Shown here: positions 41,746 through 52,178 of the stretch, one piece after another | Numbering within the stretch: the first letter of the stretch is position 1 | How the letters are laid out: the number at the start of each line of letters is the position of its first letter | Assembly: GCF_022045235.1 (NCBI RefSeq) | Contig: NW_027266268.1 | Location: forward strand, 39,990,001-40,054,000 | DNA length: 64,000 nt | Direction: 5' to 3' | Origin: Haliotis cracherodii | Taxonomy: Eukaryota | Position numbers and translations under genes: made by a program | The notes under the pieces: generated by a model | What the model saw: only the letters and a program-made list of their open reading frames with translations | Database searches by the model: none | What the model was told of the DNA's origin: nothing

Positions 41746-42294
41746 ATATATATGTATTTGTATTTTATGTGTTAATGATGCACCGATCTTTATAAATACT
41801 AGCACAATGCATTTGCTCTGAGAATATAAAAGATTTTGTAAATCTTTGGATATAACTTCTGGAAGAAATAAAGAAACTCATTTATTCATTCGTTCATTCA
41901 TTAATTCTACAACAGCTATGAATGTACAGAGCATACATTAGTGAAACAAGTCGTTGGCAATGTAAACCGAAACCGAATAGAATTCAATAGGAATATTTTA
42001 CCAGAAATATGTTTGATTATGTGTATCACACATTTTAATATAATTGGTTTGCTGTCTCAATGTACCAGTATCAGTATACACTCGGAGGATATAATATGAA
42101 ATAATCTTATTTAAAACCGTATGTTGAGGCAAAACGTATAGAAAGTAGTAACTTTACATATTCTCCAGTAGTTGGGACAGTTTTGGCTATTTGATAACCT
42201 CTTTCATTCTGATATTTTGACCTTGAGACGTTGACTACAAAGAGACAGAGTGTAAATGGAAAATTGCCGAGACTGTTAAATATTTTACACATAT

Positions 42295-43256
42295 TCTACT
42301 GATCGACACACACGCTAACAGTACATAGAACTGATTCTATCGATCGGCACACAAATATGTGGGTGACACCAACAAGCCAACATGGAATTGATTCTACTGA
42401 TCGACACACACGCTAACAGTACATAGAACTGATTCTATTGATCGGCACACAAATATGTGGGTGACACCAACAAGCCAACATGGAACTGATTCTACTTATC
42501 GACACACGCTAACAGAACATTGAACTGATTCTACTGATCGACACACGCCAACAGTACGTGGAACTGATTCTATCGATCGGCACACAAATATGTGGGTGAC
42601 ACCAACAAACCAACATGGAACTGATTCTACTGATCGACACACGCCAACAGTACGTGGATGTGATTCTATCGATCGGCACACAAATATGTGGGTGACACCA
42701 ACAAGCCAACATGGAACTGATTCTACTGATCGACACACACGCCAACAGTACGTGAAACTGATTCTATCGATCGGCACACAAATATGTGGGTGACACCAAC
42801 AAGCCAACAGTACATAGAACTGATTCTATCGATCGGCACACAAATATGTGGGTGACACCAACAAGCCAACATGGAACTGATTCTACTGATCGACACACGC
42901 TAACAGAACATTGAACTGATTCTACTGATCGGTACACACGCTAACAGTACATGTGGGCGACACCAACACGCCAACAGTACGTGGAGCTGATTCTACCGAC
43001 CGGCACACAAATATGTTGGTTACACCACCACGCCAACAGTACGTGGAACTGATTCTACCGACCGGCACCGGATATGTTGGTTACACCACCACGCCAACAG
43101 TACGTGGAACTGATTCTACCGACCGGCACACAAATATGTGGGTGACACCAACACGCCAACAGTACATGGAAATGATTCTACTGATCGGCACACAAATATG
43201 TTGGTTACACCAACATGCGTACGCCAACGGTACATTGAACTGATTCTTCTGATCGT
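42295..43256. repeat. Minisatellite array of about 40-bp and about 62-bp related units
   Basis: Recurrent GAACTGATTCTAC(T/C)GATCG(A/G)CACAC and AAATATGTGGGTGACACCAACA. Confidence 0.95.
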
Positions 43257-43793
43257 TACACACTATGCATTAGTGGAGGGCATCACCATGCTAGCAGTTA
43301 TAGAGAATGAGTATATAATCCAGTAACATGGTTACTGTTGGGTTATGTAGAAGTATATTGATCTTACTCAATCGTGCAGTACTCAACTGTTTCTGTGACA
43401 ATGCGATGCCAGGAATATAAAGAACTTTACAGAAAGAACAAATTGATAGCATATGTCATTTTTCTTATTCCTGTCGTCTTACGACATACTATGTCTAGCA
43501 AAGGATAAAAAAAGCCACCTCACAAACCTTCAAAATTGTCTTTGTAGATGTTAGTAGTTGGGTGCATGTCTCGAGGACCGCTCCTGGCTTCTGATTGGTC
43601 GGTTTCTGTGATGACGTCACATCCGGTTTCGGTTTGGTGACCTGGGCTAGGCATTGTTGGTCATGCGTGCGCATGCAAGATGGCGGCACGTCCGGTTCCG
43701 AGGGGCCATCTCCCCATCCAAGATGGCGGCACGGCGCCTCCAAGATGAAACACTGGAAAACTGGAAAAACAGTGGAGCATCATGTGCGATGCG

Positions 43794-44183
43794 TTAGTCA
43801 CTTTGCTCAGATGATCTATCTTCTTCACCCTCCACCTCCTCGGACTGATGACGTCGTCGTCGCTTTAAAGGGTGCTTTCTTGAGGGGCTTCTGTCCCGTT
43901 TTCTTTTGCCTAGAGGTGGTGTGACGCCCGCATGAAGTTGTGCAATACATTCTTTCAGGACACGGACCTCGATATGCATGGCTTCTATGAGGTGAAAAAC
44001 TTGTGTCACTTGTGTGGCCATGGACGGCGCTGTTGAAGCCTTCTTTCGACTGGGTTCTGGACAATCTGCAGCCAAATGACCCACGTCTTGGCAGTTGTAG
44101 CAAGGGCCCTGGGGAGTCTTTTGCTTATCTTTACTGCTTATCTTCGGACAGACATAGTGGCGGCGACCTTGAGTGTGGTACAT
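43794..44183 (-). CDS. Maverick-borne small CCHC zinc-knuckle protein (129 aa)
   Basis: CYNCQDVGHLAADC, an amphipathic helix, basic KRKR..KRRRR and an acidic tail; lies downstream of a TATA/CCAAT module. Confidence 0.6.
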   Translation of the reverse strand: MYHTQGRRHYVCPKISSKDKQKTPQGPCYNCQDVGHLAADCPEPSRKKASTAPSMATQVTQVFHLIEAMHIEVRVLKECIAQLHAGVTPPLGKRKRDRSPSRKHPLKRRRRHQSEEVEGEEDRSSEQSD

Positions 44184-44309
44184 GTCACTTAAGGGCAGTA
44201 CAGGTAACTGTGACTGTTGGTCTGACACTTCATACAGTTGTATCAAGACGACATGGTTGATCTCACCTTCAGTGTTAGGACTGTGACGGTGTGTGTGGTT
44301 TAGCTCTTG

Positions 44310-44560
44310 TTTTATAGGCGAGGCACTGACACCCTGCTTCCTGATTGTCCAAAACGCAGCGCACCGATTGGTCCGTTCCGGTGCCTGACCTGCACCTCGC
44401 TTTTCCAAAACGGACCAACTCTTGTGTTTCCTGTCCATAGGAAATGGATTTTACCATGGGAGCGAAAGCACCACCCTGGTTCGACCAATCAGAGCCCAGA
44501 ACGGTCCCAGCGAGCCCTCCACAACCGGTCCACAACCCAGGCTTCTGATTGGTCGGATGT
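44310..44560 (-). promoter_or_regulatory. CCAAT/TATA promoter module A
   Basis: CCAAT boxes followed by GTCAGTGCCTCGCCTATAAAACAAGAG on minus strand; inverted homolog of 49400-49630. Confidence 0.6.
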
Positions 44561-44686
44561 CAATCCTGTTTTTTATCCCTGGGGTGTGGATGCTGATCTC
44601 CCTATCCTAAAAAGACAACACAACACTTTTTTTGTTCAACTTTTTTAATTCGCCTGCTTTTCTGAAAGTCTCTACATCTCATTTGT

Positions 44687-45362
44687 TCAACACATACACG
44701 ATGGGCATCTCGGATCTTGAAACAGGCTGGCACGTACGCGATGGTCTTGCAATGTGGTGGGTTTCAAGTCCAAGAACAGGTAAGTGTAAGGCTCTCGGGT
44801 GGCGTCTTCATAGGCTTCACGCATAAAAAGAACTTTGCCTGGAAACACCTGGCGAGCCATACTGTCGATCTGCAATGCATTTCTGGGATTTTTATAGAGG
44901 TCCATGCAGTTAGCATTCAGACTGATGGCGCGGTGTTGCTGTGATTATGCAAACAAGTTCTGAGTGAGATACAGCACGTATTTGTTTCGGTGATGACTTT
45001 TCTTGGTGAACCATCACAGCACTTTCGTTTCTTCTTTCCTATCGTTGCCCACCAAATCATCGATGACGAGCCAATGCGGGGCCACCCCTTTTTCAGGCAA
45101 GGCACGATCCGCTTCTTTATGCTCTGCACAAAGTCAAGAGTGACCCCTAAGTGGTCTGCCATCTCTTCCAACTCATTATGAAGCGATTGCCATTCGCTGT
45201 ACACCCACACGATGCCATGGGGTGTTGGATTCAACACCTCGGGGCGATGCATCTGCTCCATACATGATTTTCCGCAATGAACATCGAAAAAGGATGACGT
45301 AGGGTCAAAGGGTAGGTAATGACCTCTTCATCATCATCATCATCATCACCACGTGACGCCAT
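44687..45362 (-). pseudogene. A32/FtsK-HerA-like genome packaging ATPase of Maverick/Polinton
   Basis: LRHPFSMFIA, partly deleted P-loop then GKS; WLVIDDL (Walker B); FTKKSHHRN..LTQNLF; ISLNAN..KNPRN..ARQVFP..AYEDAT..YLFLDL. Confidence 0.9.
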
Positions 45363-45609
45363 CCTGTGTTTGGGCTGACTGACACCCGGCAGCGGCGGTG
45401 GTGGTGGCGGCGGTGGCACTGGTCTCATAGGTGATGGTTTTAGTGATAAGCCATGGACGTGGTTTTTTTTATGACGAACTAAGGCATCTCTTCTAGAAAA
45501 TGTCTTCTAGAACACGATGTAGACTTAATGACGTCTTGCATGTCACTGATGATATGATAAGACTCTATTCTGTATTCTCTTGTATCTATTCTTTTCTTTA
45601 TTTTGTCTT

Positions 45610-48600
45610 TACTTTTACCCGGGTGGGTCGGGTCACAAGAGCATTTCCATGCTGAGGTCCTTTACGAATGATCTTATGAGGGTAATTCAAGCTGATTTTC
45701 TCCCCCTCCCTCCCAGACTGTTGTCCCAGTATCTTTGGTGTCAAAAGTAAGGTGTTGTTGTTTTCTGTAATTCAAGGTGAACCTTCGCACTTTGCAGATT
45801 GTGCGCGTTCCATCAGGTCTGGGGTTCGTTAACTCATAGCCATAGTTTTTGGGGCCTCCTGACACAAACGTCTTGATGGTGTTTCCGACAGGTTCGTCCC
45901 TAAACTCACCCAACGAATGGCCAAGTTCTGGATTCGTTTCGTGGGGTCGATGAATGTAAATGTCCGTGTCGAAGTACAAGGCATGTCACTGACGATAGGC
46001 TAAGACTCTATCCTGTGTTCTGGGTGACTGACACCAGGCAACTGATCTTTCAAGCATGGCCTTTCTCTTTTATCTATTCTTTACTTTATTTTTTCTTTAC
46101 TTTTACAACGAGCATGTGCACAGACATGACAGACAGACAGACAATGTAGACAACATTGGAGTTGAGATCAATCAAGACACAAAGAGTCAGTACAATCAAT
46201 CACTGTTTAATAATGAACAACAACAACCAGATACAAAGGCTTCTCCATAAGGATCGTTCTCGTTGTCGTCGTCACAGACCATTGGCATACGTGAGGAAAA
46301 GACATCATCCGGTGATGATGGTGACCAAGAAGCATCAAGCAAGGAGGGTGTGTCGAGATCCATGGAAAGGATGGCTGCCAGTTTGAGCACTTCATGATCA
46401 TCATCGTCACTGGTCGTCATCATCACAGGCACATTAGGCGAATAGGTTGACTCCCGAGGGGTTTGTTCCCACCACTGTTCCAACAGGGTCTGCGCTGAAC
46501 TGACATTGAGGGAAGGAAGGATGAGTGTCCTGTCAATCCAACAAGAAAAGAAACGTTAAGTATACCCACGATCATTGTCATGCATTCGTAATACTCATTA
46601 TCATCAGAACGGCATACACATCCCACAGAGTAGCAACGTACTTACAGTTATTCTTGTTGACGAATTTTACAGACAACTTCTTCATGGGTCGCCTTTTTGC
46701 AGGTGTTGCAGGTTTCAAATAGGTTGTCCCTTTCGTTTTGGTGTCTACTGCTGTTGTTGTTATGGTTAGTGCTGTTGTGGTTGTGTATGCTTCTGTTGTG
46801 GTTGCTGCTGTTGTGGCTGCTGCTGCTGTTGTTGTTGTTGCTGTTGCTGGTTTGCTTGTTATTTTCTTCTGGGTCTTCTTTATCTTTTTCTTCGGTGCCA
46901 CTTTCTTGGGTTCAGTCAGTTTCCTAATCTTCGAACGTATCATGTCGCACATCACTTCATCAGCCTCCAAGCTGATTTTCTCCCCATCCTTCCCAGACAG
47001 TTGTCCCAGTATCAGTCCTTTCATGGCGTGTGACTATAAACCATAACTCACTCACTCCTTTCATGGTGTCAAAGTTAAGGTGTTGTTGGTTTCTGTAATT
47101 CAAGGTGAACCTTCGCACTTTGCAGGTCGTGCACATACCATCGGGTCTGGGGTTCATTAACTCATAGCAATAGTTTTTGGGGTTTTGTACAGCTGGAGAC
47201 GCGCTTGTGGTGTGATCCAAGCAGCTATGGCAACGTTGAAATGAGAATGAGGGTTTTGGAATTCTCCCTTGCGGGTATAGGTCACTTCCCCCATGTGTTC
47301 GTTGATGACGGTGATACCATTGATGGTATTTCGTTCATCTCTCAACAGGGGGCACGGGTGGCCCAGTCGTCAAAGACGCCGTGATTTGCTGTGAAGAGTT
47401 GCATCCCTTGGGCACGCCAGAAACCTGTGATTGTGGGTTCGAATCCCGGTTCACCCTGGTTATGTTTCTAGGTCAGCACCATACCCATGCTTGTGTGTTT
47501 CACCAAAGTAGTAAACGTCTGAGACCTGCATCACTTCGGTCTTCCTCCCACATTAAGCTGACCCGCCTCTCAACAAGGCAAAGTACTGCGCAGGGTTGTT
47601 CATATAGACGGTCTGACTATAGTTTAACCGCTGTCCGAACCTGCCCCAGAGCGAATTAAGAAAGAGCTTGGCAATAGCGCGGTGTCCTGGGTTCTTCGCA
47701 ATGCAGTCCTTGTCCAACTAATTGCATTCTTTGTTATAGATCTCACGGATGTAAGCACCGTGATCTGTACATCCCTTGGGGTATCTGCTGGCTTCGAGCT
47801 TCTCCTTGAAATGACGGTCGATATAGGGGTCAAAGATTCCTTCTTGCTGGGTCTTGGGGTCCGATCATTCCAGGGTCGCATGTAAAATCTGGTGTCCATT
47901 CCGAATCTTGGTGGGGAGTTTCACAAGATATGTGTACAGGCCCTTCATGATTAAGTGCAGATCATAAGCTCGAGCGTTATGTGCCATCACATAAATGAGC
48001 TCCCCTTCTCGGGCGACTGGACGCTGGTGTTCTTCTTCTTCTTTGTCTTCTTCGTCTCCTTCTCCTCCTCAACCAGGGGAGACATGTCCACCTCCATGGC
48101 ATCCTCCCCCTTCCCCTCCTCCTCCTCCTGGTGTGATGGACGCCGCTGACGTTTTGTCGTAGGATGGCTTGAGAGGGTTCCGTCCTGTTTATTTTTGCCT
48201 AGGCGTGACGTTGTCCCCTTGCATGTACCACCCTCCTCCTCCTCTTGGTTCTTCTTCTTCTTCTTGGGATTTTGGCCAAGGCTGTCAACCAGACACACAC
48301 ATCGCGTAGCGTGGTGGGGCCTCGACACACTATCTCGCAGCTGGGACTGTAACCTTCTTGTCTCCATGGACAGTTTCCGCACAACTCTTTTGTCGCTTGA
48401 CTGATGCATCGTCCACATCCTAACTGCAACACGCACAAATTTGGGATGTGCTCCCCCGTCTCTTGCCTACATTCAATATCATAGAAGACGTATTTGACGT
48501 TGTCTTGTCGGATTTGGTTGTTGGATTACTCCTTTTCCCCCTCCTCCTCTTCATTGTGGGCTTCACCGAGGGCAGTCATGTAGCAGCGATGGTCTGGGAT

Positions 48601-48725
48601 CATGGGTTCTAGACACACTAAGCAGGGATGTCTTTCATCTGAGCACTCGTGATGAGCCATGTGCGTCTCCAAGACGTGGACAAGCGGTAAACAGGTCGGG
48701 CAACTGTGGATCGATTGACAGGCAC
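45610..48725 (-). pseudogene. Fragmented pPolB (right copy) with duplicated C-terminal block
   Basis: YVFYDIEC (ExoI); LFLNSLWGRFGQ; NVAIAAWIT; C-terminal block CKVRRFTLNYR present at both about 46960-47190 and 45610-45980. Confidence 0.88.
47348..47567 (+). mobile_element. SINE family B, same insertion site as 36796-37072
   Basis: Flanked by TCTCAACA at the same pPolB position; B box GGTTCGAATCCC. Confidence 0.88.
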
Positions 48726-48759
48726 AGAGTTTTAATATTTATAAACGTTTGTTGAAGAC

Positions 48760-49270
48760 ACACATGACACCACGTTTGCATGAAGACATGCGTGACAACA
48801 CATGGTAGCACACATCTAGACATACATGATTGCGAACTCCTCGGGGTAAATGAACGAGTGACAACGTCATGCATGTGTATCGATCTCTCTGTGTGTCCTT
48901 ATCCATCTAAATAGTATAAATAATAGTATTTATAAACGTATGTTTGAAGACACGCATGACACCACGTTTGAACGGAGACACGAGTAAAACACCACGTATG
49001 TTTATCGATCTCTCTCCATCCTTATCCATCTAAATAGTATAAATAATAGTATTTATAAACGTATGTTTGAAGACACGCCTGACACCACGTTTTGCATGGA
49101 CACACGTGTGACACCACTTTACATGGAGACACGAATGATAGCACGCATGTAGGCATACACCTGTGCCAACTCATCAGCATGTATGAGCGAGTGACAACGT
49201 CACGCATGTCTATCGATCTTTACTACTATAAACGTCTGATTTGTAGTCACGTGTGCCACCACGTTTTGCA
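48760..49270. repeat. Maverick internal minisatellite (ACACCACGTTTGCATGGA-type)
   Basis: Degenerate tandem units; also at 28780-28910 and 54400-54800. Confidence 0.8.
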
Positions 49271-49399
49271 AGCAGAAACGAAATACATCATGTAGGCATT
49301 CCTACATCACATCCATGTCTGTCCATGACGGTCAACCTTTAGAATTCCACAACATGATCAGGGTGACAGTGGACATTACTATCCAAAAACAGGATAAAA

Positions 49400-49630
49400 A
49401 AGGCTACCAATCAGAAGCTGGGGTTGTCATCCAATCAGAGGCCGCGTAGAAACCAGGGGTTGTGCTTTCTCTCCCATGGTAAAATCCATTTCCTATGGAA
49501 AAGAAACACAAGGGTCGGTCTGTTTTGGAAAACAAGGTGCAGGCCAAGCACCGGAACGGACCAATCTGCGCGCCGCGTGGCGGACCAATCAGGAAACAGG
49601 GTGTCAGTGCCTCTCCTATAAAACAAGAGT
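49400..49630 (+). promoter_or_regulatory. CCAAT/TATA promoter module B
   Basis: CCAATC at about 49407, 49431, 49561 and 49585; TATAAAA at 49617-49623. Confidence 0.6.
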
Positions 49631-49656
49631 GAAGCTCTCAAACTGCATTGTATGAG

Positions 49657-49699
<43 letters not shown>

Positions 49700-49725
49700 A
49701 GCAAAACAACGCAGAGAATAGGGAT

Positions 49726-49951
49726 ATGGAGTTGGTTTCGATTGAAAGGCTGCCGCTGTGCAAAGACACCCGTTGGGACATGGAACTCACTTCTACGAAG
49801 ACAGCACCATCACCATCATTGCCATCGTCTCCTCCATGGCAATGCGATAGGTGTCAAGGCTGTCTGCCTGTGTATGCTCATGGGACGAAGGAAAGTGATA
49901 ACGATGCATCCCTGCATGTGTAGCACCTCAGTAATGTGGGTGAAGAAGTAA
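49726..49951 (+). pseudogene. Unknown Cys-rich small protein gene (internal deletion here; missing part intact at 33361-33582 minus)
   Basis: Composite of the two arms gives one open frame of about 106 aa with 10 Cys. Confidence 0.6.
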
Positions 49952-50957
49952 ATGCAGCTACAACTGAGTCCAACGGTCAAAGAAAAAGGTTTTGCAGGTT
50001 TCATCTCCGGGTTTTTCTGTCACTTTTCCCGTCTGCTGCTGCTGTTGCTGTTGCTCCTGGTGTTGTGGATGATTCAGTCTGTTTCCGTTTCCTGTTTCCA
50101 ACAAGCTTTTCTTAATGTTGCTTCTTGGGCAGGGCCACAAAAGTTTTCTTCTTCTTCAAGATCAAACGGCCATCCAACTCTCCCGAAAGAACGCTTCCAT
50201 TGCTTTGACTACCCTCTCCACCACCAACCAAAACCCGCCCTACCGCCTTACAGCCTTCGCCACCTTTCCCACCCTCTCTCCTCCCACAATCTTGGAGATG
50301 CCGTGCTGCCATCTTGGATGGGAATATGGCCCCTCGGAACAGGACGTACCGCCACCTTAGGTGCGCACGCCACCGGAACCGGAAGTGCAGCCATCTTGGA
50401 GTCACTTGACCAAACCGAAACCGAAAGTGACGTCATCCTAGAAACTGACCAAGCAGAAGCCAGGAGCGGTCCTAGAGACATGCACCCAACCACTGATGTT
50501 TCTGTTCTGGTGGCTTTTGTAATTTGGCTTTTCACAGGTCTTGCAATCAGGAATTTACTAATGATTTACAACTTGCCATTCCATGTCAGCAAGTGTAATG
50601 CATTTCATTCAGGTGGGGTGATTCATACTATGTTTATTTTTTCTTTCTTTATACATTGTAGCTGAACAGTTCCAAGTCAGACAAACTTGTGTTCAAACAA
50701 GGACAGGCCAGGGTCCGCCGCCTGAGGAGAATAACTTATAAACCCAGTTTCATGACGCTATGCGCTATGTTTTCACATCTTTTATTATATATCAATTCAG
50801 GAATTATTATATTTGCAGTTTTACAGCATAATTCTGAGCCATTATTTAGAGAATAAATTATGCTAGGTTACATTTTCATCAACCATTTTGAACAAAAGTG
50901 TTCCGTTATATAAACACATTTACACATTCCTAAAATGGTGGGATACCTATATATTAA

Positions 50958-51305
50958 TTAAATGTTTACATTGCTTGAAGAAGCTTTAAGATTTCCATGA
51001 CAGCTAGCCACATCAGCTGGAGTCTGCCAATGCTTGTTTCTGACATTAAAGTCTTCCATGACGTGTGAAAGGATATACTTCACGGCCTCCACATCTCCTC
51101 CTTTACAGGCGGCGTGAAGGATGTTGTTACCGCGGTTATCAACAAGTGACACATCTGCTACTTTACTAACAACTAATTTCAACACATCCCTTTGTCCTTT
51201 CTTTGCTGCAACCATCACAGGTGTCTGCCCCAAGCTATTTCTACTGTTGATGTCCACTTTGTCCTGAGAGAGGATATACTTCTCGATCCTCACAAATCCT
51301 CTGTA
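50958..51305 (-). pseudogene. Partial ankyrin cassette (right arm)
   Basis: RGFVRIEKY..GQTPVMVAAKKG..GNNILHAACKGG; same junction to the minisatellite as 31901. Confidence 0.88.
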
Positions 51306-51602
51306 TTCTACTGATCGACACACATACATGTCAGTAATGCCACAATGCCACTAGTACATGGAAATGATTCTACTGATCGGTACACACGCTAACAGTACAT
51401 TGAACTGATTCTACTGATCAACACACAAATATGTGGGTGGCACCAACACGCCAACAGTAAATGGAACTGATTCTACTGATTGGTACACACGCTAACAGTA
51501 CATTGAACTAATTCTACTGATCGGTACACACGCTAACAGTACATTGAACTGATTCTACTGATCGACACACAACAGTACATGGAGAGGAAATGTTTACATT
51601 GC

Positions 51603-52178
51603 TTAAAGAAGTTTTAAGATTTCCGTCTTTTTATGCCATTTAGCCAAATCAGCTGGAGTCTGCCCAAGCATGTTTTTGACATTAAGGTCTTCCATGACGT
51701 GTGAAAGGATATACTTCACGGTCTCCACATCTCCTCCTTCACAGGCGGCGTGAAGGATGTTGTTACCGCGGCTATCAACAAGTGACACATCTGCTCCTTT
51801 ACTAACAACTAATTTCAACACATCCCTTTGTCCATTCTGTGCTGCAACCATCACAGGTGTCTGCCTCTTCCAATCTCTACTGTTGATGTCCACTTTATCC
51901 TGAGAGAGGATATACTTCGTGATCCTCACAAATCCTCTGTAACAGGCCCAGTGAAGGATAGTAAACTCCAAAAACACATTACCATGATCCACAATGAAAC
52001 AATGTTTTTTCTGGACTGCATATAATTTGCGATTCCACCCCCTTCTGAAACCGCTGGAAATGTCCGCCCCATCCTCAGACAAGAAGCGTCGAACTGAGGC
52101 CAGATCACCCAAGATGGTGGCAATATGGAGGTTGACGTTCTTGTGTTCTGATTTACTGTACACTGGAGACTCTGACCC
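51603..52178 (-). CDS. Ankyrin-repeat protein exon, right-arm paralog, open frame
   Basis: 197-aa ORF collinear with 31075-31713. Confidence 0.88.
   Translation of the reverse strand, partial: GSESPVYSKSEHKNVNLHIATILGDLASVRRFLSEDGADISSGFRRGWNRKLYAVQKKHCFIVDHGNVFLEFTILHWACYRGFVRITKYILSQDKVDINSRDWKRQTPVMVAAQNGQRDVLKLVVSKGADVSLVDSRGNNILHAACEGGDVETVKYILSHVMEDLNVKNMLGQTPADLAKWHKKTEILKLL

Larger units (their letters stand above)
43553..50494 (-). mobile_element. Maverick/Polinton family 1: internally deleted 6.9-kb copy with both TIRs and 6-bp TSD GATGTT
   Basis: Starts AGTAGTTGGGTGCATGTCTC and ends GAGACATGCACCCAACCACT; about 195-bp TIRs (43553-43746, 50289-50494); TSD at 43547-43552 and 50495-50500; carries pPolB and ATPase remnants. 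Confidence 0.93.

Noticed and set aside
42295-43256. CRISPR-like array
   Set aside because: Intervening segments are related to each other rather than unique spacers; eukaryotic context; no cas genes. It is a minisatellite.
49648-49720. Poly-Ile, poly-Ser and poly-Asp ORFs
   Set aside because: Products of a (CAT)n microsatellite.
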